NCBI RefSeq assembly: GCF_001194135.2
Contig: NC_068982.1
Coordinates: forward strand, 183,273,704 to 183,337,703
Source: Octopus bimaculoides
Taxonomy: Eukaryota
Reading direction: 5' to 3'
Length of the DNA stretch: 64,000 bases
Shown: positions 53,122 to 64,000 of the stretch, in pieces
Layout of the letters: each line of letters opens with the position of its first letter
Numbering within the stretch: the stretch's first letter is position 1
Position numbers and translations under genes: made by a program
The notes under the pieces: model-generated
What the model was told of the DNA's origin: nothing
The model's input: only the letters and a program-made list of their open reading frames with translations
Databases searched by the model: none

Positions 53122-55239
53122 GCCGCAGATTTTAAAGATATCAATAGAAAAAGAAGTGGTGTGTGTATGATGTTTACTTTGTTTGAATAATTATATTACT
53201 GTAATCACACTAACATATTGCATTAATTAATGTCAATTAAATCTATGCTTAATAACTGATATGTATTAATTGTTATAACTGTTTTTATTTTGCTGGCACA
53301 AACATTCAATGTACCCCACTGGTATAATGATATAATCACATTATTGTTGTCGCTGTTATCATCTTATGCCCATTATTTCCTATTAAAATGGCTGTGTTCC
53401 TAAATGTATGAATCCTGCACCAAAAATTGCAAAAACAAAGTCCTTCATCTAATCACTTCCTCCCTGGTCCCTTTACTGTGTCGCAGTTATAATTAAATTC
53501 CGTTGCAACTTCATCCCAACACCCCTATGTTGTGGTCTCAATTACAGAGCCCTTCAATCATCACATCATCACAAGAAACATACTTTATCTTCCACCATCA
53601 CCACATGGAAGTTTTCCACTTAGCATCTCTCATCCATCCACATTTACACTATATACACCATCACAGTAATTTTCTCTCCCCCACAAAAGTAAAAAAAAAC
53701 AAAAAAACATCAAATAAATTTACAAGGCCTCTCTTCATCAGTGGTTTAAATAGCCCAATCGCAACCTCTTTCTCTACACTCTTCGAGTCTGTCTTTCTCA
53801 TGCTAACATAACATATCCAAAATGACAATAAACCCGAGCTAAACTAAATAAAATTTGATTTGAAAATAGTTATCAAGGCTGAGAAACAGTGTTGAATATG
53901 AGGCCATATTTGAAAAGAACAATAAGATAGAGAGCGAGAAAATATTGAAATTTTTGCTATTTACGTGTCTAAAGTAACACTTAAAATTTTATCCAGCAAA
54001 AGATCACAAAAGAAAAACCATTTGTGTTGTTATGGTTACACGTTTTTTATTTGTGTTTTTTATTCATTACTTAGTTATATTTTGCATAATGAGGCATCAC
54101 CAATGTGATTTCACAACATATTAAGTCAATCAATGGAAAACCTAATAAAATCGATATGAAGCATAATTAAGTTAATTAAGTCACAACAGGCATGGCTTCT
54201 ATTGTAAAAATTATAACACTAATGGTATTTCATACATAAAATTACACTAATGGTCTTTCATACATAAAATTACACCAATCCTAATTTGAAAACAGAACAA
54301 AAACGTTATTATTTTACACACGTAAACAGCAGAAAAAATAAACGTACAAACATTTATTTTCTAAAATTGAAAAGATGATTTTAAAAATTTATTTCTTACA
54401 CATATAAGTTAAAGTGTGAATCTGTGAAATTCATGCCTTTCTAACCATAAGGTTTGCGTAATCAGGCATGAAAACTTCTTGTGGTTAGTTATAGAGTTGG
54501 AACTGAGATGATGAGAGGTTCATGCATTCTAATATATATTTATTTATCAATGAGACGTAAAGAATTTGAGACAAAACCCCCAACCAAACCTGAATCCAAC
54601 AACTCTGGAGTAAAGAGACCCCAGTATATCACAGAGTATTTATCATTGACTATAACATATCTCAGTACGTCTATGACTGACTGCGACATGTCATAGTATC
54701 TCTACCGTTGATACAAACGTTATATCTCAACGCGCGTTTATTACTACAAACAAGGTCACATACAATGTTTCTATGACTATCATAATGTCAACGAGGAAGT
54801 CACCACTACCAGATGGGCTTAAGAGAAGTTTCTCCTATGCCGCAATAGCATCACTGGATTTGGAAGAAGGAAACTGAAAGAAGTCCATCATGTGCGTGCG
54901 TTTGTGCTTGTGAGTGTATATGTTTGTGTGTGTGTGTAGGTTTATGTGTGTGCATATGTCTTTCTGTCTGTGTCCCCCACTACTGTTTGACATCCAGCGT
55001 TGGTGTGTTTAAGTCCCCATAACCTAGTGGTTCGGCAACAGAAACAAATAGAATAAGTACCAGGCTTTAAAAAAAAATCAACTCGGGTCGATTCATTTGA
55101 CTACAAAATTCTTGAAGGTGGTGCCCCAGCATGGCTTTAGTCTAATGACTAAAAGAAGTAAAAGAATAAATGCTAAAAAGTGCTCTTGTCTGGGTCCAAT
55201 CTTTAAGTTAATCACCAAATACCTAAAGATAGAGCTTCA

Positions 55240-55550
55240 CAGTGCTTACTGCTGCACATTACAGGCTATTCTGAATATCTGGAGAGAAAAAATATCTAAC
55301 CAAGCACAAACTGTACAGCAGTCATCTTGCAATCGCTAACGAGAGAGGTGCATGCATTTCACAGAATATTACTGGAGAGGTAAGTTGGACTTCGTTAGTA
55401 ACATACTCCTAAAGATACTCCAGCATGGATAAGACACACATCAACCGTCCAGCAAAATATTTCCGTTCCACCAGCTTTGTGTGAAGATTGGATGTTGCCT
55501 GGTTGATCTTTCAAATGCTATGCAGGATCGTAATAGATGAAGTGATTGAG
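55240..55550 (+). mobile_element. RTE-like LINE 3' fragment
   Basis: CTLQAILNIWREKISNQ...HFTEYYWR...LQHG*DTHQPSSKIF matches the YTRMLRAILN.SWR.H.TNQ...HAGHCWR...GRPA..Y tail. Confidence 0.65.
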
Positions 55551-56165
55551 TTAGACAAATCCCAACCAGCTTGATATAACTATGACATACAGAGTAAATT
55601 ATTCATTGCAAAGCACAGAGCACAATGTGATATATTACAATGCCTATAAGGAAAGTTACATGAAACATTTGAGAGAAGAGAATCTTCTATCTCTGGCCAG
55701 CACCTCTTTGTTATGTGTGTGTGTGTTGTAGCTATAATGTTAAACTGTCATATGACCAAATTTGGCCAAATGCATTTTTTGTTTCAATATTCATTTTTGC
55801 TTGCAATAGCCGGTTCTTTTGGTCAAACTATCGTATCTCCAGCTGCTTCAGATGCCAAGATATCAAAAAATTGTCAAAATGTAGTAAAACGGTTTTGCCA
55901 TGGAATGGTGAAACTACTTTTTCATTTTCTGAAAAAAGCAATGTTTTGAACTTATGGAACTTTTACATAATAGCAACCATATATATATATATTATAATAA
56001 TAATCAAAGTGTATAGTATTATATATCCATTATGGTTAATATTACCAATCGGTTTCACACTAGGGGTTCAATGGAGTGTTAGGTAACAATCCGATTTATG
56101 TAACCCTGTGCTCTTCAGAGGTAGCCATTATGAAATGAAATATGACAGCTGCTCTCTACTGTTGA

Positions 56166-56196
<31 letters not shown>

Positions 56197-56203
56197 TGTG
56201 TGC

Positions 56204-56237
<34 letters not shown>

Positions 56238-56797
56238 TTTAACACATTTTAACATTAAACTGAAGAATTACTGAATAAATTTTTGTGGAATACACATTTA
56301 TTATACTTTAACAAGAAGAAGAGTGACAATGACTTCAGTGTTTCTGACTGTACTCTACACTTACATACTGAGTTCTGTAATTTATTGCTTTTCAGTAAAT
56401 CAACAGAGATGGCTGGCCGGCTGACTGGCTGGCTGGATGGAAGTCAATTTGTCAGTGACGGTCATGATCGGCCAACTGGTAGAACAGTCATCAAGCATAT
56501 GTGCATGTATGTAACCCCTCAAGGTTTAAAGGACAATTATTAACCCATAGTTTCATGGTTTAACTGGATTAGGGTTAAATTTCCCTTTGGATCTTGAGTC
56601 AAATCTTGTGTTAATCAGGTGAACTGGTGTCAAAGAACAATGAGTACAACTCAAGAAATACCATGAAATCTCAGCAGTAGATTTGAACCTGTGATCTACA
56701 ATTTGAAAATCCAACATCCAAGCAATTCAACAGTCCCGTCTCTACATGCAGAAGCTATATACATCATCCCTTACTGAACAGAGAAATAGTTTTCTGT

Positions 56798-57181
56798 TGT
56801 TGTTGTTGGCACTCCGTCGCTTACGACGTCGAGGGTTCCAGCTGATCTGATCAACGGAACAGCCTGCTCGTGAAATTAACGTGCAAGTGGCTGAGCACTC
56901 CACAGACACGTACCCTTAATGTAGTTCTCAGGGATATTCAGCGTGACACAGTGTGACAAGGCTGACCATTTGAATTACAGGCACAACAGAAACAGGAAGT
57001 AAGAGTGAGAGAAAGTTGTGGTGAAAGAATACAGCAGGGTTCGCCACCATACCCTGCCGGAGCCTCGTGGAGCTTTAGGTGTTTTCGCTCAATAAACACT
57101 CGCAACACCCGGTCTGGGAATCAAAACCGCGATCCTATGACCGCGAGTCTGCTGCCCTAACCACTGGGCCATTGCGCCTCC
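56798..57181 (-). mobile_element. Full-length tRNA-derived SINE (family D)
   Basis: Reverse complement of the 52046-52428 element; 10-bp TSD AGTTTTCTGT (56788-56797 and 57182-57191). Confidence 0.95.
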
Positions 57182-57439
57182 AGTTTTCTGTAGAGTGTCA
57201 GTGTAATGCGGAAGGGACTGTGTGAAGTGTTCGCAGAAGAATATAAACAGCTCTTGGAGAGTCAAAAACAATGACAAGAACAACAGCAACAACAACTTGG
57301 CACCGGCTCTAATTAAATATCCAAGTCTGCTTAATGTAGTTTCGGAAATGTTAAGAGAATAAAAGGCAATGCCTACATCTATCTACAAGTGGATCTCATT
57401 TTACAAAAGAACACAAAAAAGGGAGAGAATGAGTGGGAG

Positions 57440-57481
<42 letters not shown>

Positions 57482-58044
57482 TCATGTTGATGAAGATAGG
57501 AAAAGAATGTACATTGAAGAGGGAGACACAGAAATAGTAGACACACAGCCTGGAGAGTGTTAATGAAGGGGAACAGGCAAACATTGCAATGATCTTATAA
57601 TTTACAACATAAATTTGTTGAAAGAAAAATAATTAAACTTTAATGGTAGTTAAGCAAAACAACTCGCTTCTATGTTTATCTACACAAATTCAACCATAAC
57701 ATTTTTTTCTTCAAAATGAAAGTCCATGTATATGCATTTAACTTAATGTTGTTCTGGTTGCTGCTGTTGTTGTGGCTGTTGTTGTTGTTAGCAATAGTGT
57801 TATGGCTGCTGTTGTTATTTTTTTGTTAGATATATTTGGTTATTATTTTCAGCTCCCTAAAGGCCACATTATGAATCCCCAGCAATCAGTTAATGGATTA
57901 CAGTAAAGTTTGTGATAATGAGAATTCCATACATAATTGATTACACAGATTCTGTTTAGGAGCACTCCACACCCAGCCCCGTACATTCACACACATACAT
58001 ACTTCATATAACATATATATATATATATTTATACATACAGTTCC

Positions 58045-58081
<37 letters not shown>

Positions 58082-58086
58082 CATAA

Positions 58087-58160
<74 letters not shown>

Positions 58161-58700
58161 ATACATATATGTATACATGAATATATGTATACATGCATAT
58201 ATATGAATGTATGTATGTATGTACGTATACATGTATGCATGAGTGTGGAGGGGAGAGAGAGATGCATATGCATATTTACACATACCTACATGCTTGCATA
58301 TAGCTATGCATGTATTTTGATAGCTAGACATACACATGCACTCAATGTGCAGATAACATGCATATGTGCAAATATATGTGTATGTATACATTTATATATA
58401 TATATATATCATATATATATTATATATCTATATATATATGCAAATACATAAAAGCACACATGTATATAAACGCATATGCACACTCACAAGTATACATATA
58501 CAGTATAAACACACACATACATATAAATACATATGAAGATGATACATGCATTAACATAGACTTACAACTAGTTTATCATATATGATATATAGCTATACAC
58601 ACACAGATTCATGATATAAGGAAAGATACACACACACATACAGAGAGTTGTGTGTATATATGTGCATGAACATATATAAAGAACACACTATTATATATAT

Positions 58701-58758
<58 letters not shown>

Positions 58759-59079
58759 TATCGTTATCTCTTCTTCTCTCCTTGGTTACGCCCTCTCTGT
58801 TCCTTACTACCTCCACTCTCCACTTCCCCTCTCCCCTTACTATCGATATTGTTCCCTGTTTGGGTTTATTAAACAATGATTGGAAGTCAGTCACAGTATG
58901 ATTACATACGGTGTGATGTTGATGCTGGTGGTAGTAATCGTAGTTTGAAAGACAAGGAATATACAAATACGTGTGTGCATTCATATAAACACACATAATG
59001 TGTTTAAGTAAGCCTAATTATTTCCTCATACCTAATAGTAATGTGTGGTTAACTTTGGTGAGACTTATATATATATATA

Positions 59080-59113
<34 letters not shown>

Positions 59114-59298
59114 AGGGGAGAGGATAGGGAAGTGCAACTAACCCCACTACAAGAGAGTACAGCATGTGGTTTTTCGGTTTTATCATATCGCGCATTGTAA
59201 CCTNNNNNNNNNNGCGCATTGTAACCTTCGGTAGGTAAACAACAGACAATATCGCGGTTGCATGAAACAAAACTGTAAAGAAATTAATAGCAACACCA

Positions 59299-59353
<55 letters not shown>

Positions 59354-59588
59354 AAATTGTTATGTATTTTTTCTCTTTCTTTGAGGTAGTGATAGCTGGT
59401 ACACTCTGAAATTGCGATAAATATTCCATATTTTCTTCATGGTGTGTATTTGATGCTGCTCTTCCTGTTTGTTTAACTCGCATACCAACTGACTTGGGGT
59501 TGAGTTGTTGCACAATCTCTGCGATCAAATATCTCGCCTACATGAACTAAAATTGTACCAATGTATATATATATACACACACACACAC

Positions 59589-60008
59589 AGCTGTGGTTGT
59601 GGGTTAAGAAGTTTGCTTTTCTTAACCACATGGTTCTGGATTCAGTCTCACTGCATTGCACCTTAGGCAAGTGTCTTCTAGTTTTGCCTTGGGCCAACGA
59701 GTCTTGTGAGTGGATTTGGTAGATAGAAACTGAAAGAACCCATTTAAAGGTGCGCGTGTGTGTGTGCACGCACAAGTGTTTTTGTGTTGGTGCCCCATCC
59801 CTACTTGACAGCCGGTGATGGTGTGTTTACATCCTTGTAACTGAGTGGTTCAGTAACTTGGTGTTTCAGGAAAAGAGACTGATAGAATAAGCACCAGGCT
59901 TTAAAAAAAAATAAGTACTTGGGACTATTCGTTTGATAAAAACTTCTGCAATGCAGTGCCCCAGCATGGCCACAGTTTAATATATATAGAAACAAATAAA
60001 AGATAAAC
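59589..60008 (+). mobile_element. Family A SINE
   Basis: Head, CORE-like segment and tail match 5898-6313. Confidence 0.85.
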
Positions 60009-60030
60009 TATAAAAGATTTAAATATATAC

Positions 60031-60449
60031 ATTCTTTTATTCTTTTATTTGTTTCAGTCATTTGACTGCGGCCATGCTGGAGCACCAACTTTAGTCGAAC
60101 AAATCAACCCCAGGACTTCTTCTTTGTAAGCCTAGCACTTATTCGATTGGTCTCTTTTGCCAAACTGCTAAGTTATGGGGACGTAAACACACCAACATCG
60201 GTTGTCAAGCGATGGAGGGGGGCAAACACAGACACAGACACACACACACAGACACAGACACAGACACACACACACAGACACACACATACATATATATACG
60301 ACAGGCTTCTTTCAGTTTCCGTCTACCAAATCCACTCAAGGCTTTGGTTGGCCCAAGTCTATAGTAGAAGACACTTGCGCAAGGTGCCATGAAGTGGGAC
60401 TGAACCCAGAACCATGTGGTTGGGAAGCAAGCTTCTTACCACATAGCTA
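60031..60449 (-). mobile_element. Family A SINE, inverted and tail-to-tail with the preceding copy
   Basis: Reverse-complement match to 5898-6313. Other partial family A copies lie at about 1550-1700, 12350-12497, 12793-13030, 27115-27312, 45990-46260, 54860-55175 and 62790-62945. Confidence 0.85.
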
Positions 60450-60584
60450 CATCATCATTTAATGTCCATTGTATACATACACACACACAGATATATTATA
60501 TCATCATTATCATGGCCATCTTCATGGGACTAGCATTTGCAGTTAATTCCAAACATTCTGGCACTTTGGTAGTCAGTAATTGCT

Positions 60585-61025
60585 ACTGAGAGTTGTCCTC
60601 CACCAAATGCAGAAGGACCACCAGTGTTGAGATCTGCCCAGTCTTTGATGTTATTAGTCCAGGACTTCTTTCTCTGCCTCTTCTTTGTCATCCTTCAACT
60701 GTACTAGGGACAATGTCTTGGACAGAGTTGCAAAAGGTTACCTGGCCATGCCCAGCAAGTTTTCAGTTTTTCACAGTACCAAAGCAAAGTTGCTAGTTGT
60801 CTGGTACTCTATGGATGACATTCATTGCAGCCTTCTAAAGATCAAATGCTTAGATTCTTTTTTCCATGTAAGCTGTGTGCGTATCCAGCTTTTATATCAG
60901 TACATAAAGATGGATGGAGATTGCTACAGACTTGTACAGTTTGAGCTTCATGAGAACATTGATGGAAATGCTTATCCATGTGGTGTTAAGCTTCTTCATG
61001 ACAGTTAAGGCCAGGCCAGATTTTG
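60585..61025 (-). mobile_element. RTE-BovB-like LINE RT C-terminal fragment
   Basis: Minus reading SGLALTVMKKLNTTWISISINVLMKLKLYKS...MEKRI*AF...GHGQVT...VQDIVPSTVEG*QRRGR matches RI..A...M..L..IW.S..I....KLKLYKSL...RIQAFE...FGHV.R...TILQGTVEG.RRRGR. Confidence 0.8.
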
Positions 61026-62044
61026 ATTTTATCAATTAATAAATGATAACAGAACAGGAGTCACATAATCGTTTTTCATTTGCTTCATACACGTTTTATG
61101 TTTCATTTAAATGGCTTAAGGAAGTTAAGAGACATCACACAAGCACTCAGCTCTGAACACAAGCTTCTTATAGCAGAAACGGCTGTAAGCTAATGAAAGT
61201 GATTATGTAACTTTTGTTCTTAGTCATTCATAATGTGTTTGTGTGTGTATATTATATACATATGTCCAGCACATGCCAGCATGGAAGATGGAAGTTAAAT
61301 GATGATGATGATGATGTGTTTAATTAATACATATTTAGTTTGCTGTGGTAAACAGAACAAAAAGCTGAAAGAAGACTAATACATTTAGTAAAGATTATTT
61401 TTTTCCCATTTGAAGTTGAAGCTGCATTATAACTCAGTGTCACACTATGTGTAATACTTCAAGCTGTCTAATGATGAATTAGTTTCCAATTATGTTTATC
61501 TGACATAATTTTACACACACACACACAGATATATACATACATTGAAAGAAATTGAGTGTGGTAGGAGCAGGGGCGGGGAGGAGGAGGAGGAGGAGGAAAG
61601 TACAACAGAATGAAATTTGCATGAATTGAGAAGTCAGTGAGAACAATCTGTCAAAACACATATTGTTTAGAAGAATTGGTGTCATGGCTAAAGTTGACCT
61701 TAAACTAGAGGAGGAAGGACAAGTTGACCCTTAATAATCAACATTGGTAAACCGTTGACAGAGCAGATTGAGAAGAGGTAATTCCAAAGACTAGAATGTA
61801 TCTCTCCAACTACAATCACCACCACCACCACCGCCGCCATTACCCCTCCCCACAGTGCAGGGTGGTGGTGGTGGTGGTGGTGGTGGTGGTGGTGGTGTCA
61901 GGGTGGCAGCAGGATGCAGCAGACACTGTGCTATTGTGGTGCTGCTTTCCCTACCAGAATGGATCAATACACACACACACACATCCTCAAACACAATCAG
62001 AATCAATCAATAGTGGTGTTCACCTCCAGCAGCACCATTACCAG

Positions 62045-62087
<43 letters not shown>

Positions 62088-62301
62088 CTACTTCTTTTAA
62101 CCCCTCTCCACTTCAGTACAGAGGAGAGAACCTTCCCCTTTTCCATCACTACTATACAGTAGGCCACAACCACCCTTCTATCACTGCTATGCGGGAGAAC
62201 ACTATTTTTGTTGACTGTCTTGCTACCAGACTTTTGTGTGCTGTCTACATCAGACATGCAGTGATAGCCACAAGGATCGCTTATATCATTGCACAAACAT
62301 T

Positions 62302-62378
<77 letters not shown>

Positions 62379-63155
62379 TGTACACGTATTGACCAACATA
62401 CATGACGCTAGCCAGCCATGAGGTTGACCCCTTACATCATGACAGAAAAACAACAAAAAATATAAAACCAAGGCAAGTAACAGAATATATGTAATTAGAT
62501 AAAGGTTGTGATAAGACTTGTCATAAGAGGTTACTTTCCTTAATTAGGTCACCGAGAGACAATTACAACCAGCTTGGTACTGACATGTCATAGTGTCCTT
62601 ACTGTTATGTCTTTCACTGTCACTTTATCTCAGTATTGTCCAAAGGGAAGATCCTTCTGCTTTAGAATATACTACAACATACAACTGTTAAAATCCCAAG
62701 ACAGACCAGAATGCATATGACTATAATCAGAGGTGCTCCAGTCATGGCCACCTCATCTTTGTTTTTATATAAACGATTACATAAACTAGTATTTCTTTTT
62801 TTTAGAAGAATGGCTGCTGGCACACTCATGATTAAGAACTTTTCTTTGAAATCGCATGATCTTAAGTTTCAATCTTACTGTACAACATCTTAAACAAGTG
62901 TCTTCTCCGATATTCTTAGATCGGGCAAAGCCTTGAGAATGATTATTTGCCTACATCAGATGTGGAGTGACAGCTACAAAGGATTGCTTATATCATTTAT
63001 TAAGAAATCATTGTTCTCTCTCCTTCAATGTTAGGCTATATAAGTATATATATANNNNNNNNNNATATATATATATATATATATATAGCTCAGCAATGTA
63101 GTTATACACATGCTGTTGGTGATTTCTTTCCCTTCTTTGGACTTTTCCCTTTCTC

Positions 63156-63190
63156 CTTACCGATGAAGAGCTATGCTCGAAACGTCAAAC
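63156..63190 (+). ncRNA. Degenerate minimal type I hammerhead ribozyme motif (Penelope-like element type)
   Basis: C(C)GATGA-A-GAGC-tat-GCTC-GAAA-C-GTC. Helix II and the GUC cleavage triplet are intact; core U4 is C and helix I does not pair in this copy. Confidence 0.5.
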
Positions 63191-63619
63191 TCTCTCTTTT
63201 CACCAAGCTTCAACTTTTGTAGAAAACCATTGTCAGAAGTTATTTTTTAGAATTAAAAAGACAGTAGAAAAGCTATGCAACATTGTCTGGGAGGAGAAAA
63301 TATAAATTATTCCATTGTTGTGAGACCGATGCTAAACACCAACATGACTTGGACACATTGTAGGACTGTTGCTATACATTAGGCCTATAAATCAAACCCT
63401 CTGGATTACCAAAAGCTTCTTTGATATTGAACGAATATTGGAACAGAGAGAATATGACCATATTCGCAGAGTGCTTTGACACAGACTCACATGACATAGG
63501 AGCTGTCTGAGACCTTTGACATGCCTCATAGATCACATGACACAAGGGCTGTTGGGAAGCATTGATTTGTTTCGGGAGTCATATGACATGAGTTGAACTT
63601 TAAATGAGTGTGAGTATCA

Positions 63620-64000
63620 TCATCATCATCATCATCATCGTTTAACGTCCGCTTTCCATGCTAGCATGGGTTGGACGATTTGACTGAGGACTGGTGAAAC
63701 CGGATGGCAACACCAGGCTCCAGTCTGATTTGGCAGAGTTTCTACAGCTGGATGCCCTTCCTAACGCCAACCACTCAGAGAGTGTAGTGGGTGCTTTTAC
63801 GTGTCACCCGCACGAAAACGGCCACGCTCGAAATGGTGTCTTTTATGTGCCNNNNNNNNNNTACAGGAGCCAGTCAGGCGGTACTGGCAACGGCCACGCT
63901 CAAAATGGTGCATCTCATGTGCCACCCGCACAAGAACCAGTCCAGGGGCACTGGCAACGATCTTACTTGGCTTGCCGGGTCTTCTCACGCACAGCCCATT
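63620..64000 (-). mobile_element. (GAT)n-tailed retroposon (family B), young subfamily
   Basis: catcgtttaacgtccgctttccatgctagcatgggttggacgatttgactgaggactggtgaaacc... is near identical to 19203-19372, 51398-51535 and (inverted) 29925-30106. Older copies lie at about 2130-2330, 13110-13425, 26650-26870, 30125-30360, 46460-46670 and 50735-50960. Confidence 0.85.

Noticed and set aside
57185-57345. Signal-peptide-like exon (RAGAKLLLLLFLSLFLTLQ...)
   Set aside because: The Leu run comes from a (TTG)n tract, the acceptor is poor, there is no donor before the SINE, and the reconstructed phase does not fit exon 50475-50615.

Overview
AT-rich, microsatellite-saturated animal genomic DNA from a gapped draft assembly. 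The SINE families and the (CA)n/(AT)n/(AAT)n/(GAT)n/(GTA)n load look like an octopus (Octopus sp.) genome; this is from recognition only, no database search was run. The window is almost entirely intronic or intergenic. It holds at least four tRNA-derived or RTE-tailed SINE families, 3' fragments of RTE- and CR1-clade LINEs, non-autonomous DNA transposons with verifiable target-site duplications (hAT, piggyBac-like), and several cryptic minisatellites. Nearly all ORF-track entries are microsatellite or N-gap artefacts. One coding exon is well supported (50475-50615, minus strand, 47 codons, phase 0-0); its product is unidentified and resembles helix A of long-chain four-helix cytokines (GH/PRL/CNTF type) only as an inference. 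The most unusual non-coding features are a 138-nt fold-back at 35748-35885 that pairs markedly better as minus-strand RNA (9 G-U wobbles versus 2 on the plus strand), a second 76-bp-arm palindrome at 25778-25962, a degenerate Penelope-type minimal hammerhead ribozyme at about 63156-63190, and two inverted SINE pairs able to form about 400-bp dsRNA upstream of the exon on the minus strand. No rRNA, functional tRNA gene or CRISPR array was found.
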